A DNA stretch of 64,000 nt from Dipteris shenzhenensis (lineage: Eukaryota): assembly GCA_047967505.1 (NCBI GenBank), contig CM106538.1; one strand, written 5' to 3'. The position numbers and the translations under genes are program-made. The notes under the pieces are model-generated. The model did no database searches, was not told the DNA's origin, and saw only the letters and a list, made by a program, of their open reading frames with translations. Shown here piece by piece: positions 53,290 through 64,000 of this stretch. The number at the start of each line of letters is the position of its first letter. Position 1 is the first letter of the stretch.

Positions 53290-53636
53290 GATGTACGGCA
53301 AACAAGAAGAGCTGGTACGGCACACGTACTTTCGGCAACTGCTCGTTGAAGCTGATGCAATACCGCGCAGATCTGTACGGACTAAATGTGCAGGTTGTAC
53401 GGACAGCGCATGTACGGCTAGCGTAGGTACGACGATTGTACGGATGGTGGTTGTGGATACAGACGGAGGCGGCGCTGCTCTGTAGTGCAGGTACGGACTG
53501 GCAATGTACGGACGACGACGTGAATGCAGGGCCGTACGGGACCAGCAAGAGCTGTACAGATGGAAGAAGTACAACACTCCAAGCTTTCGCTGCAAGTACA
53601 TACGGCCGCACGACTGATAGGTGCAGGGTGTACGGC
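53290..53636 (-). promoter_or_regulatory. CCGTAC(A) motif array in the Copia-3 leader (putative SBP/SPL sites)
   Basis: 15 GTAC cores in about 345 bp, 10 as GTACGG on + (CCGTAC on the element's sense strand). TCCGTACAA at 53395-53403 and 53436-53444. Function is inferred. Confidence 0.55.
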
Positions 53637-54197
53637 ACCTCGAGGCTAGAGCTGGAGCTGGAGCTTTGTGAGCTTGGGAGCTCAAGTCGAAGATGTGGGA
53701 GCTAGTCCACAAGGCAGGAGCTCAAGATCTAAGAGCACTCTCACACACGGACAATGGAAGGAGCCCGGGGAGAGAAGCAGATGCTCTGATACCAAATGAT
53801 GAAAAAGAGAGAGCAAGTGAAACAGAGTGTTGAACGTAAGTTGCAATAGATAAGATTAACAACATACAAAGCAGGGAAAGGTTTTGTCTAAGTGACAAAA
53901 CCTTATCCTTCACTAACCGTAGTTAGTGAACTAACTGGGTTTAGGGGAAAAAATCTCTAAGGAGGGAAAAGTGCCCCTAACCTACTTATTACATTACATT
54001 GGTCACTGCCTAGAATATAATAATAATTCTAACAAAGAGACCCCATGGATACTGGGAATTACCGCAAACTCATGATTGGCCACACACTGGCTAAGATATA
54101 TGGATCAGTAGACCACATCTTCACCCTAGGGGCCATTATCAAGGAGGCGAGGTCTAGGAAGCCAAAATTCTACACTTATTTCGTCAACTTTCAAAAG

Positions 54198-54791
54198 GCC
54201 TTTGACACTATCCCACGGGCTCGCATGATCAGGAGGCTTTAGGAGATGCAAATCCCGGATGTCAGGATATGGGGGTGATGTGAGACAGTCAAAGGTAGAG
54301 TATGTGCCCTAGGAGGTCTATCAAATTGGGTTGAGTATGATTGGAGTGAAGCAGGGATGCCCCCTCTCGCTGACACTCTTTGGACTTTATATCGATGAGA
54401 TCACTACCTTCATTGATAGTCATGAGGTGAGGGATCACTACTCGCTGACCTGATGGTACAAATACTGCTATACAGTCATGACATAGTCCTCATAGCCTTT
54501 GACACTATCCCACGGGCTCGCATGATCAGGAGGCTTTAGGAGATGCAAATCCCGGATGTCAGGATATGGGGGTGATGTGAGACAGTCAAAGGTAGAGTAT
54601 GTGCCCTAGGAGGTCTATCAAATTGGGTTGAGTATGATTGGAGTGAAGCAGGGATGCCCCCTCTCGCCGACACTCTTTGGACTTTATATCGATGAGATCA
54701 CTACCTTCATTGATAGTCATGAGGTGAGGGATCACTACTCGCTGACCTGATGGTACAAATACTGCTATACAGTCATGACATAGTCCTCATA
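54198..54791 (+). repeat. Near-perfect 297-bp tandem duplication within LINE RT
   Basis: 54198-54494 is repeated at 54495-54791; I see one substitution (CGCTGAC vs CGCCGAC). Confidence 0.95.
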
Positions 54792-55949
54792 TCCTCCTCC
54801 GCAGTGGGTATCCAGAAGCACCTAGAGGCCCTAGAGGTGTTTTGCAGTCAGAGAAACCTACAGTCAACCTTGGCAAAACCAAGGTTATGATTTTTAACCC
54901 TTTGTGGGCCGTGCTTCATCGACACAGTTTCACCTACCGAGGTGAGCCTGTGGAGATTGTGCAGTCCTACACATACCTCGGAGCAATTTTCTCAAGTTAA
55001 ATCTTCAGGATGGTCCACGCGGCTAGAGCACAGCCATGGAGCTCTAGCTCGACAAGAGCAACAATGCTTTCATGCACATTTTCAGGACCCCCACACGAAG
55101 CGATGGCTCTTTGATACACTCGTGAGACCCACAACCATGTATGCATCACCCTTTTGGGGGGGTGACCTTTTCGGCGACAAATTGTAAGAGTTTTGAGACT
55201 ACGGCTCTGGATGATCCAAAGTAAGCCCTTAGTTCCCCATCAGATTATACAAGCAGAGTTCACCATGACACCTCTCTAGATTGATGCTATCTTTCAGATA
55301 GAGACATATATTCACTAGGTTTGGACTCTACCTAGATGGAGATTGCCGAGATTGGCACTAGAGTCATCACGATGACTTGTAGACAGTGGGGTCCATGCAT
55401 TTTATGTGTTTCCAAATGGTTTGATAGCCAGGATGTCCAGATGGATTGACTCCCACCCTTCCAGTACAGTTTGGATGCCCCATCCTCCCTAATTCCATAA
55501 GATGAGGCCAACCGTATCATACGGTTAGATCTGTTACAGCTCTACATAGCACAGAGAGGCCTCCCGAAGACGTTAATACATCTTTCTCTCTCTTTCTTTT
55601 CTCTCTCACGACCCACAGGGGTACAGTGGCGCTTGTCCATCGTAGGGCCATTACTAGGACATCACAGCGGCCACACATGTCACCAGCCGCCAACATCCCA
55701 TCGTAGATTTTATACTAGCACAGCAGCCTCACACGACAACACACCCCTCTCAGGCTTGACACCTCGCTTCAGAGAGAGTTTTTCTCACTATGCATTAGTG
55801 CGGTTATGTTCATGATTATGGGTTTTCCACTGTTTTTTTGTACTCATCATTGGTGTTAATGCCCGCTTAGTGGTTCCACTCGTCAGATCATTGTATCAAG
55901 TTTCTTTTAGTCTCATAGACCCTTTGGCCTTTGGAAGACTTTTAATAAA

Positions 55950-57693
55950 TTGTATGGCCCATGGGGAGCCAGTGGAGATAGTGCAGTCTTACACTTACCT
56001 AGGGGCAGTATTCACGGGGCCAGGCTTCACAATGACCCATGCCGCCAGAGCGTGACTCATATGAGGGAAGGGGGCCCTGGCCCGATTAGAGAGACAGTGC
56101 TTGCACGCGCATTTCCAAGATCCACCGACGAAGGGCTAGCTTTTTAACACTCTCATGAGACCGGCTGCCATGTATGCAGCACCTTTTTGAAAGACTGGCC
56201 TTTCAGCTACTGAGACTGGAAGGGATTTGAGAGGCTATAGGTGATCATGGGACCCACGATGATTAGGAGTAAGCCTTTAGTTCCCCATCAGATCATACAG
56301 GCAGACTTCACCATGACACCACTCCAGGTGGATGCCCTCTTCCAGACTATGATGTTTCTCCACAAAGTTTGGGCCCTACCTCAGTGGAGATTACCGAGAT
56401 TGGCACTGGAGTCATCTTGACGCCTGGCAGAGAGAGGCTTTGATACAACATGGTATGCGTGAGTGTCCACACAGTTTGATAGCCACAGCATCCAAATGGA
56501 TAGGCTCCCCCCCTTTCAATACAGCATGGATGCACCACCAGAGCTCCTTCCACATGATGAGATTAACCGTATCATACGGTTAGACCTTCTCCAGCTTCAC
56601 ACATCTCGGGCTTGGCAGGAGTTCCCTACCAAGACCCAGTTCTATCATGACCACTTTCTGAGGATATCGGAGCATGGTCTCATCATCAGGCCCCAGTACC
56701 TCGAGCATAGGACAGTCTCACATGCCTTGCGGATTGCTATTGGACAAATACAAGTCTTGTCCCTTCAGCTGCGGATTGAGGCTGGGAGAGCGGCCGGCAT
56801 ATCTAGAGAGCAACGGGTCTGTAGACTATGCACGATGGAGGAGATCGAGACAGAGGAGCATTTTCTATGTGTTTGTCCGGCCTACTATGAGATCTGAGGG
56901 TACCACTGTCTCTTTTAGGAGGGGCTCGGCTTCGAACCACTCACACGGCTGATACATTTCCCCGACCAGGTCTGCATTGGGCTCTACCTGATTCAGATGC
57001 GGAGACACAAAGATTCCCTTGTAAGGCAAGGTAGAGATCAGCTACTACAGTCAATGCCTTAGGACACCGAGCTAGACCGAGCACAGACACGCATCATTGA
57101 TTTTTACGCATCCGAGCCCAACACTAGATGAGATCGAGGGGGAGGAGCTCCAGGAGATGAGAGCACCATGGATCAGCAGTGAGACCCGTGATCACCACGA
57201 TATGGCTGGACGAGAGTTGTGGAGACCCACACGACACGTGGGGCGACTAGAGCACGCACAATTGAGGTTCGACCTATCTCAGCCCTCCTCAAAGGAGACC
57301 ACCAAAGACAAGGCATTACTCTGAATGTAGCGCATCGAATACAAAGATGCAAGAGAGCACACCCCCGGCCACCGCAGGAGACAACCCGACAGACACACAT
57401 ACGTGAGCTCTTTGCATCACATGAGAGGGCCGTTAGGGAGTCGGGCTTTATAGAGCCTCCACATGTACTTGGAGCTCTCGTTCTGAGCAGTTGATTGCCC
57501 TCTTTTTCCTACTATGTTTTGTACCAGTTGTACTAGGTTGTTTGCATTCTTATCATTTAGCACTCAGCAAGGGCCTTAGTGAGCCCTTTGCTTCAGCCCA
57601 CAGTGGCTTGTATGGGTTACATATATCTTGTATCTTGTTTCATAGACCCGCGAGGCCTCCTGAAGATGTTAATACACCTCTCTCTCTCTCTCT
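55950..57693 (+). mobile_element. 5'-truncated RTE-X-like LINE with C-terminal zinc-binding region, 3' UTR and (CT)n end
   Basis: EPVEIVQSYTYLGAVF; LRIEAGRAAGISREQRVCRLCTMEEIETEEHFLCVCPAYYEI; homologous to 54940-55580. Confidence 0.85.
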
Positions 57694-57699
57694 ACCCCA

Positions 57700-60600
57700 C
57701 GAGTTTCCTTCTACCCACCCTTGGGCTGTCTTGCTCCCCCCGCTAGGCTTTATAGTTCATACTTTTCCTGCCCACACGTTTTCTTTTGCCCACCATTGGA
57801 CTGTACTGCAACCCTTGCTAGGTTGCCCCCCCCCACATATGCCAAATCTGTCTTGCTAGCCCAAGGGACCCTCTCTATCCCGCTCTCTTTGCCAAATTCG
57901 ATTGCTCATCCTCTCTCCCGTTCAAGCACATGGCCACAAGGAGCTCTCCTTGAGAAGTCCTCTGTGACCAATTCGAAACAGCCCACGGGGTGCAAACCGA
58001 GAGCCAACCAACCCGTATGTGCATAGACATGCTCTTCTGGATAAGCTCCTAGCTGAATTTGTCTGCCCAGCTCTCCCCGTACTCACGCGACGTGTTCTGC
58101 AGGAGATCTCTGCTGCAATTTTCTGCTCAGCCTTCCATCCCCTCGCGCGACGTGCACTTTCCGTGAGATCCAGGGCCTTTGTTTCCAAATTCATTCCCAT
58201 GCAATTCTGCCACGTGGCAGAATTTGTCCTTGCCCTCTTATTTTTCCCAGGGTCCTACCCACATGCAAGCCCAAAACTCACGCCCTCGTGACATATATCT
58301 CTCTTGAAACATGGTAAGCAATCTCGATTGCATCTGGATGTTATAAGGGTATGCAATAACTGAAATACATGTGACTATATCATTGTAGAAGCATGTATTA
58401 CAAACTGACATAGCATATATGATTGTTCACAGCCTAGGATAGCAATCCATATACACTGCAAAAACTATTTCATGATGACTAGTACAATGATCATAGAAGT
58501 CCCAAGGCAGATATACTATCAGCAAGTAGTACCTCGGGTGAACATACTTTGTCACCAAGCAACCTCTAGATATCTGAGCCTATCTGTATAAAAGCAACAG
58601 AGGTACTACCCCTCTCTTGAGCATCAGGCAATGCTCCAGACCTACACTCTGCTGAACCTGAAGGAGCCACAACCGAAGTTGGTTCAGCTTAAATGCTTCC
58701 AGGTTGAGCTGTAACAAGTGAGGTATATCTACCATATCATCCTCTTCCAGTCACTTTGCATGCAATGATGAATAGTTCCTAAATTTCACCAAGTAGCGAC
58801 GAGAGACTCTACCTCTGATTTTCCTTATGTGCCAAAATCTGCTTTGGAACTAGGATCTCATCCATCTCCTCAACCGTTGGTTGCATCTCAAAAGACATAT
58901 CCTCTGGCACATCGCCCTTGAAAGGCTTAAGAAGACTCACATGGAAAGCATTGTGAATCCTCCAATGCTCTGGTAGCTTCAACATGTAAGCTACATCGCT
59001 TATCTTTTATGAAACTTGAAAAAGCCATAGTATCTCATACTAAGCTTGGGAAAACAGTCTTTGCCCCTCTTCTATTTCAGCCTTGCCTTTTCAAAATGCA
59101 AAAGAAACCCAATCACCTTCTTACTAGTTCACGACGGTGACATCAGCTGCCTTCTTTTGCTTTGCCTGAGTCTTTTGGAGAGCTTGCTTCACCTTCTGAT
59201 AAGTATGCAAGATAGGCGGGACTTTCCTCCCTCCTTCCACTATTTCAAATGGAGCTTTCTCGATGGAAGTATGCACAGTATTGTTGTAAGCCACTAAGGG
59301 CAAATACTGCTCCCACTGTGTATATACTCAAACACACAACATTTCAGCAAATCAAGTATAGTGAAATTAGCCTCTTCGGACTGCCCATCTGTTTGAGGAT
59401 GAAAAGAAGATGAAAACTTCAATGTAGTGCCCATGAAAGAGACCTCTCCAAAGAGACTCGTCATGCGTGGATCTCTGTCACTCACGATAGACTGAGGCAT
59501 CCCAAGATGTTCTGCATGCCATGTGATCCATTGTAATTTTCTTCCTCTCACCAGAATGAAACGTGCTTGCTTGCTAAACTGGTATATATTAGTCCAAAGG
59601 CCATCATTCCCCATAGGTATCCAAGGAAGGTCAAATATAATGTCCATGGCAATGCTCTCCCACGGTCTATCTGGGATTGGCAATGGCTGCAACAACCCAG
59701 GTGTTTTTTGCCGGTCAAACTTGACCTTCTGGCAGAAGATACATGTTCTCACAAAGGCATTCACATCCCATCTCAAATCTGGCCACTAGAAAAAGTGCTC
59801 CATTGCCTTCACCGGGGTATCAATGCCTCTATGCCCTGCATACGGTGGAGCATGACTTTCTATCATAACCTTTGACCTCAACTGCTTTGTGACACTAAGG
59901 CAACCATGCATCATCAGAATGCCATCCTTGAGAGTATAATAGTCATGCCGTGGATTATTAGGCAAATGGTCATAAATCCTTGAGAAATCATCATCCCAAG
60001 CATACGGGTCCTTCATTGCATCCAACTAACTGTGGTAAGCAATGGTTACTGCAGAAACCTGATGTTTCCTTGACAATGCATCTGCCATTACGTTTTTTAA
60101 CCCTCCACATGCACTTTTTAACCCTCCAAGTGCACTATCTGAAACTGAAATACTGATAAGAAATTGGCCCAACCCATATGGTTTTCAGATAACTTCATCG
60201 GAGTAAGGAAATATCTCTCAAATACTGATGATCTGTTTGCACTGTGAAATCAGCCCCAAGTAAATAGTGCTTCCATGTAGCAAGGGCATGAATTACAGCC
60301 AGCAATTCCTTCTCATGAATGCCCAGATGTCTTTCATCATCTTGCAAAATCCTATTTTCATAGGCCACTATCTGTCCATCCTGCATAATGACCGCTCCAA
60401 GGCCATTCTTTCCACATGCATCTGCTTGGACGGGAAAAGATTTTCAGAGATCTGGTCGGATCAATACTGGATCCGAAGTAAGCTTTTCCTTTAGCATCTC
60501 AAATGCTGCAATCTGATTTTCGGCCCTTATGAAAGATGCTCCCTCCTTTTGCATTGCATAGCGTATGAACTGCCTATAGTACGAGCATAAGCCCAAAAAG

Positions 60601-62325
60601 CTTCGTACTTCATGCAAATGTTTCAACTATGGCCAATGGCGAATTGCTTCAATCTTAACAGGGTCCATGCACAGTCTATCCTTAGAGACAATGTGTCCCA
60701 AAAATTGAATCTCAGGCATAAAGAATTCACTCTTCTTTGCATTTATGATCAACATGTGCTTGCTGAGTTCTGCAAATACTATTGCCAGATGCTTCTTGTG
60801 CTTTGCCTCTCCATATCCCAATCATCATCAGTAAAAAAAATATTTGCTGAATTTCTCTTTGCTGTAACCTCTTCACCAGAGACAATCACAGGCTTACCTC
60901 CTTAAGAAAGATGGTGATGCCCCGCCAATGGAACCATAAAACCAGCCTCAAGGCCAGCAAGAGGGCGGTAATTAACAACTAACCAGCCAGTGCTTTCACA
61001 CTATAATATTCAGCACATAACTCAAACACAAATTGGGAGCTAAAGTGGTCCTACTTGGTACAAGCACACATAATGGCCCCAAACCCTTGGCTCCCCTTTC
61101 GGTATTTCTTTATTCTTAGGCAGACCCTGAAAACAAAGATTACACATGGCCTGCAATAGCTTTTGCATTTAGAACATTCCACCTCCCATTGGCCAAAAAG
61201 GCCCATGCAAACCCATGCAAAGCCTCTGTGTTCATTGTTCTTACCAAGCATATACTATGCTGGTCACTGCTTTGTCCAATCCCTGGCAGATGGCATTTAT
61301 CTCTACCCAACCATAGGCACACAGCCCGAAAACTGTTACTAGCAGCCCCACTTAACCACACAATCTTCCATAGATGCCACTAGTGCCCACAAGGAAATCC
61401 ATCTTCTCAAGCAGAGAAATTAAGCATAATTACACAGCCAGCATCAAAGGAAGTGCCCGTGTGCATCCCTTGCTGAGCCAAGCAAGCTTTGAAATGCTCA
61501 GCCAGCTTTGAACAAAAGAAGTCGCCCGAAATCGACCCGAGGTGAGCACACAGCCCGAGGTGACGATCAACTTGCAGCAGCCAGCCTCCCAGCATCAGCA
61601 CATGACGTAAGGCTACGGCCTTCACAATCTACAGGCAACGTCCCACAGCCAGCTTTCACATCTTGATTCTCTTTCCCGCACGTGCGACATGTTGTGGGCA
61701 GCGCTCTCTTTGCCGAATTCGTTTGCTCAGCCTTCCTCCCGCTCAAGCACGACCTGGCCACAAGGAGCTCTCCCCTCCATGACCAATTCGCAACATCTCG
61801 AAGCAGCACGCGAGCTGCCAAACTGAGAGCCAACCAACCCATAAGTGCATAGGTGTGCTCTTCTGGAGAAGCTCCTAGCCGAATCTGTCTCCCCGTATTC
61901 ACGCAACGTGCTCACCAAGAGATCTCTGCTGCACTTTTCTGCTTAGCCTTCCATCCCTTCGCCGACGTGCACTTTTCCATGAGTTTGTTTCCAAATTCAT
62001 TCCCATGCACATTGAATTCTTGGTGTTTTGGAGATTCTACCACGTGGCAAAATTTTCCCTTGCCACTCTTTTGACCACTCACTCCAAGGCCAAACACTTC
62101 AAGGCACATTAATTCCTAGGGGGGGCCTTTGCACACCTAACAATCCAGGGCCTTGCCCTCTTATTTTTCCTGGGGTCCTGCCCACATACAAGCCCAAAAA
62201 CTCAACCCCCAAGGCACATTAATTCCTAGGGGGGCCTTTGCACACCTAACAATCCAAGGCCTTGCCCACTTATTTTTCCCAGGGTGCTACTCACATACAA
62301 GCCCAAAACTCGCACCCTTGCGATA
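57700..62325 (-). mobile_element. Degraded Ty3/gypsy chromovirus (Gypsy-3): RT end, RH, INT, chromodomain (~58700-60830) between two diverged LTR-like repeats (~57700-58293 and ~61690-62325); gag/PR not seen
   Basis: IQFLGHIVS, VRSFLGLCSYYR, HEKELLAVIHALATWKHYLLG, PGLLQPLPIPDRPWESIAMD, HPQTDGQSE, RRYLVKFRNY...LEEDD. Flanks share blocks such as TGGCCACAAGGAGCTCTCC and CACAT.CAAGCCCAAAACTC. Boundaries approximate. Confidence 0.8.
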
Positions 62326-62828
62326 TATTGATCCCACTTGCCCCCTCGATTCCCCTAGGGGTTGCTCCCAGATGCCCCTGTAATGTGACCTCAATCTGGT
62401 TTGGGGGGGGCTCTCTAGTCACATTGAGGGGGGATGTGATCCCACATCCCCCCTCAATGTGACTAGAGAGCCCCCCCAAAACCAGATTGAGGTGCTACTC
62501 ACATGCAAGCCCAAAACTCGCACCCTTGCGATATATTGATCCCACTTGCCCCCTTGATTCCCCTAGGGGTTGCTCCCAGATGCCCCCGTAATGTGACCTC
62601 AATCTAGTTTTGGGGGGGCTCTCTAGTCACATTGAGGGGGGTTGTGGGACTAGAGAGCCCCCCCAAAACCAGATTGAGGTCACATTACAGGGGCATCTGG
62701 GAGCAACCCCTAGGGGAATCGAGGGGGCAAGTGGAATCAATATATTGCAAGGGTGCGAGTTTTGGGCTTGCATGTGAGTAGCACCCACATCCCCCCTCAA
62801 TGTGACTAGAGAGCCCCTCCCCAAACCA
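62283..62828. repeat. Nested inverted-repeat (fold-back) structure
   Basis: Hairpin at 62388-62493 (~51-bp arms, 4-nt loop) and hairpin at 62491-62785 (~138-bp arms), built from one ~156-bp unit. Confidence 0.92.
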
Positions 62829-64000
62829 AAGATCCTCGCCTTCCTTCGCCATCCCTTGATGCTTAGCTTGAGCCTCCCAAGCCACCCTACATAATTTTTA
62901 TTCATTATGCTCCTTTCTAACCTTTGTATCTCATGCTAGTCCTTCCGTCGTGAAGTTAGCTTAGAATCTGTATAAAATATTTGTTATTAATTACAATATA
63001 TTTATGATAAACAAGAAAGACTAGGATATTTTAAGAGCATTATAATCTTTCAAGTTCATAAAGCATCTTTAGTTGTCATAAGTTGTACAAGGAACACTTT
63101 GCGAACAAGAAACTAAATTGATTATGAAGAACTTCCTTCGAGAGCAAAGGTAATCGTAAGTTGTGCAAAAAAAAATTTCCAAAATAGAAAATAGCTTTAT
63201 TATGAGAAAAACTTCCTTCAAGAGCAAACGTTAAGAGTTGTCACACCATTGGTTTAGAGAAACTCAGCCAAAAAAAAAAAACTTTTAGGGGTGAGCCCCC
63301 TAAGGTATATCTTTTATCCCCACTCGTAGACAAGTAAATGCTATGGGCAATTTCCCACATGTGAGGAAGGAGATTAAACGTCCATGCAAAATATATACTC
63401 ATCAATGATGGGAAAAAAATTTTGCAAGCTTTTTTTCGTAAGCTTTTCTAGGAAATCTGTGAGCTTTTTACACTAACCCAACACACACACACACACACAC
63501 GCATGCACTCCTTTTAGGTGTGGACAAAAAACTCCCAACTCCAAAGAGACCAAGAATCCTACATTAAAGTACGGAATCTTTTCATAAACTTTTCAGGCTT
63601 CGTGGAGAGTGTGCAAACTCTTTTCACACATTCGCACCTAGGTCTTTAGCCATATCTATGGATTACATGAAGACATTAAATTTATCTATATAGATCCTAG
63701 ATACCTATATCTGTATATATCTCCATATGCACCATGGTCGAGATATCAAGAATCACATATCAGATTAAAAGTATATATTTATAGTCTAAGTCCCTTGAAA
63801 AAAAAAATCCACACTTGATACACATAATTTGGCGCAAACTCTAGCTGGGCCCTGCAGATGCACTTTTTCCTAGACGGGGTTTTGAAAAATCGTCCAAAGG
63901 TATCCGTGTTTATAATCGTTTCTAGGGTTTTTGGGCCTTTTGAGCTCATTACAGGTGTTAAAAGTGCCAAATTATGCATATATAAAAAGTTTGCATTGAA

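Larger units (their letters stand above)
48243..54034 (-). mobile_element. Full-length Ty1/copia LTR retrotransposon (Copia-3), same lineage as Copia-2
   Basis: 238-bp LTRs at 48243-48480 and 53797-54034 (about 6 mismatches). TSD AAGAG at 48238-48242 and 54035-54039. PBS at 53783-53794, PPT at 48481-48490. Confidence 0.97.
47800..55600 (+). mobile_element. Degraded RTE-X-like LINE interrupted by Copia-3 (48243-54034)
   Basis: ORF1-like LKGTRIWISEEL; RT ...FPPAWSTTTIVPIHMSR | DPMDTGNYRKLMIGHTLAKIYG, FVNFQKAFDTIPR, IGVKQGCPLSPTLFGLYIDE, VNLGKTKVMIFN. Confidence 0.85.

Noticed and set aside
52945-53712. 255-aa ORF upstream of Copia-3 gag (possible env-like or accessory ORF)
   Set aside because: It overlaps the GTAC array, several frames are open, and the related Copia-2 leader has no equivalent peptide.
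1-64000. Apparent orientation bias (intronic LTR elements co-oriented with host genes, intergenic ones opposite)
   Set aside because: Too few elements, and there are exceptions (the LTR at 1-772 and the RTE-X-like LINEs).

Overview
Repeat-rich eukaryotic nuclear DNA from a land plant. Very large TE-filled introns and RTE-X-like LINEs suggest a fern or other large-genome non-angiosperm (inference). Two host genes are partly present, both on the minus strand: the first coding exon of a GDAP2 homologue (18808-19089) and the last three exons of a Tic22 chloroplast import gene (45367-45450, 44775-44810, 44567-44683). Each appears to flank an intron of more than 18 kb that runs off the window. The rest is nested transposons: three full-length LTR elements with intact LTR pairs, PBS, PPT and 5-bp TSDs (a Ty3/gypsy chromovirus at 951-7626 and two related Ty1/copia elements at 38136-44382 and 48243-54034), plus degraded copia, gypsy, L1 and RTE-X-like LINE remnants and many short tandem duplications. 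The most striking unexplained signal is that all three intact elements, from two superfamilies, carry a dense, mostly sense-oriented array of CCGTAC(A) motifs in the untranslated leader between PBS and gag. This motif is the SBP-box/SPL binding consensus. Also notable are a C-ACTTA-G stem-loop shared by otherwise unalignable copia LTRs and a nested fold-back palindrome built partly from LTR-end sequence at 62283-62828. All counts and identities were made by eye.
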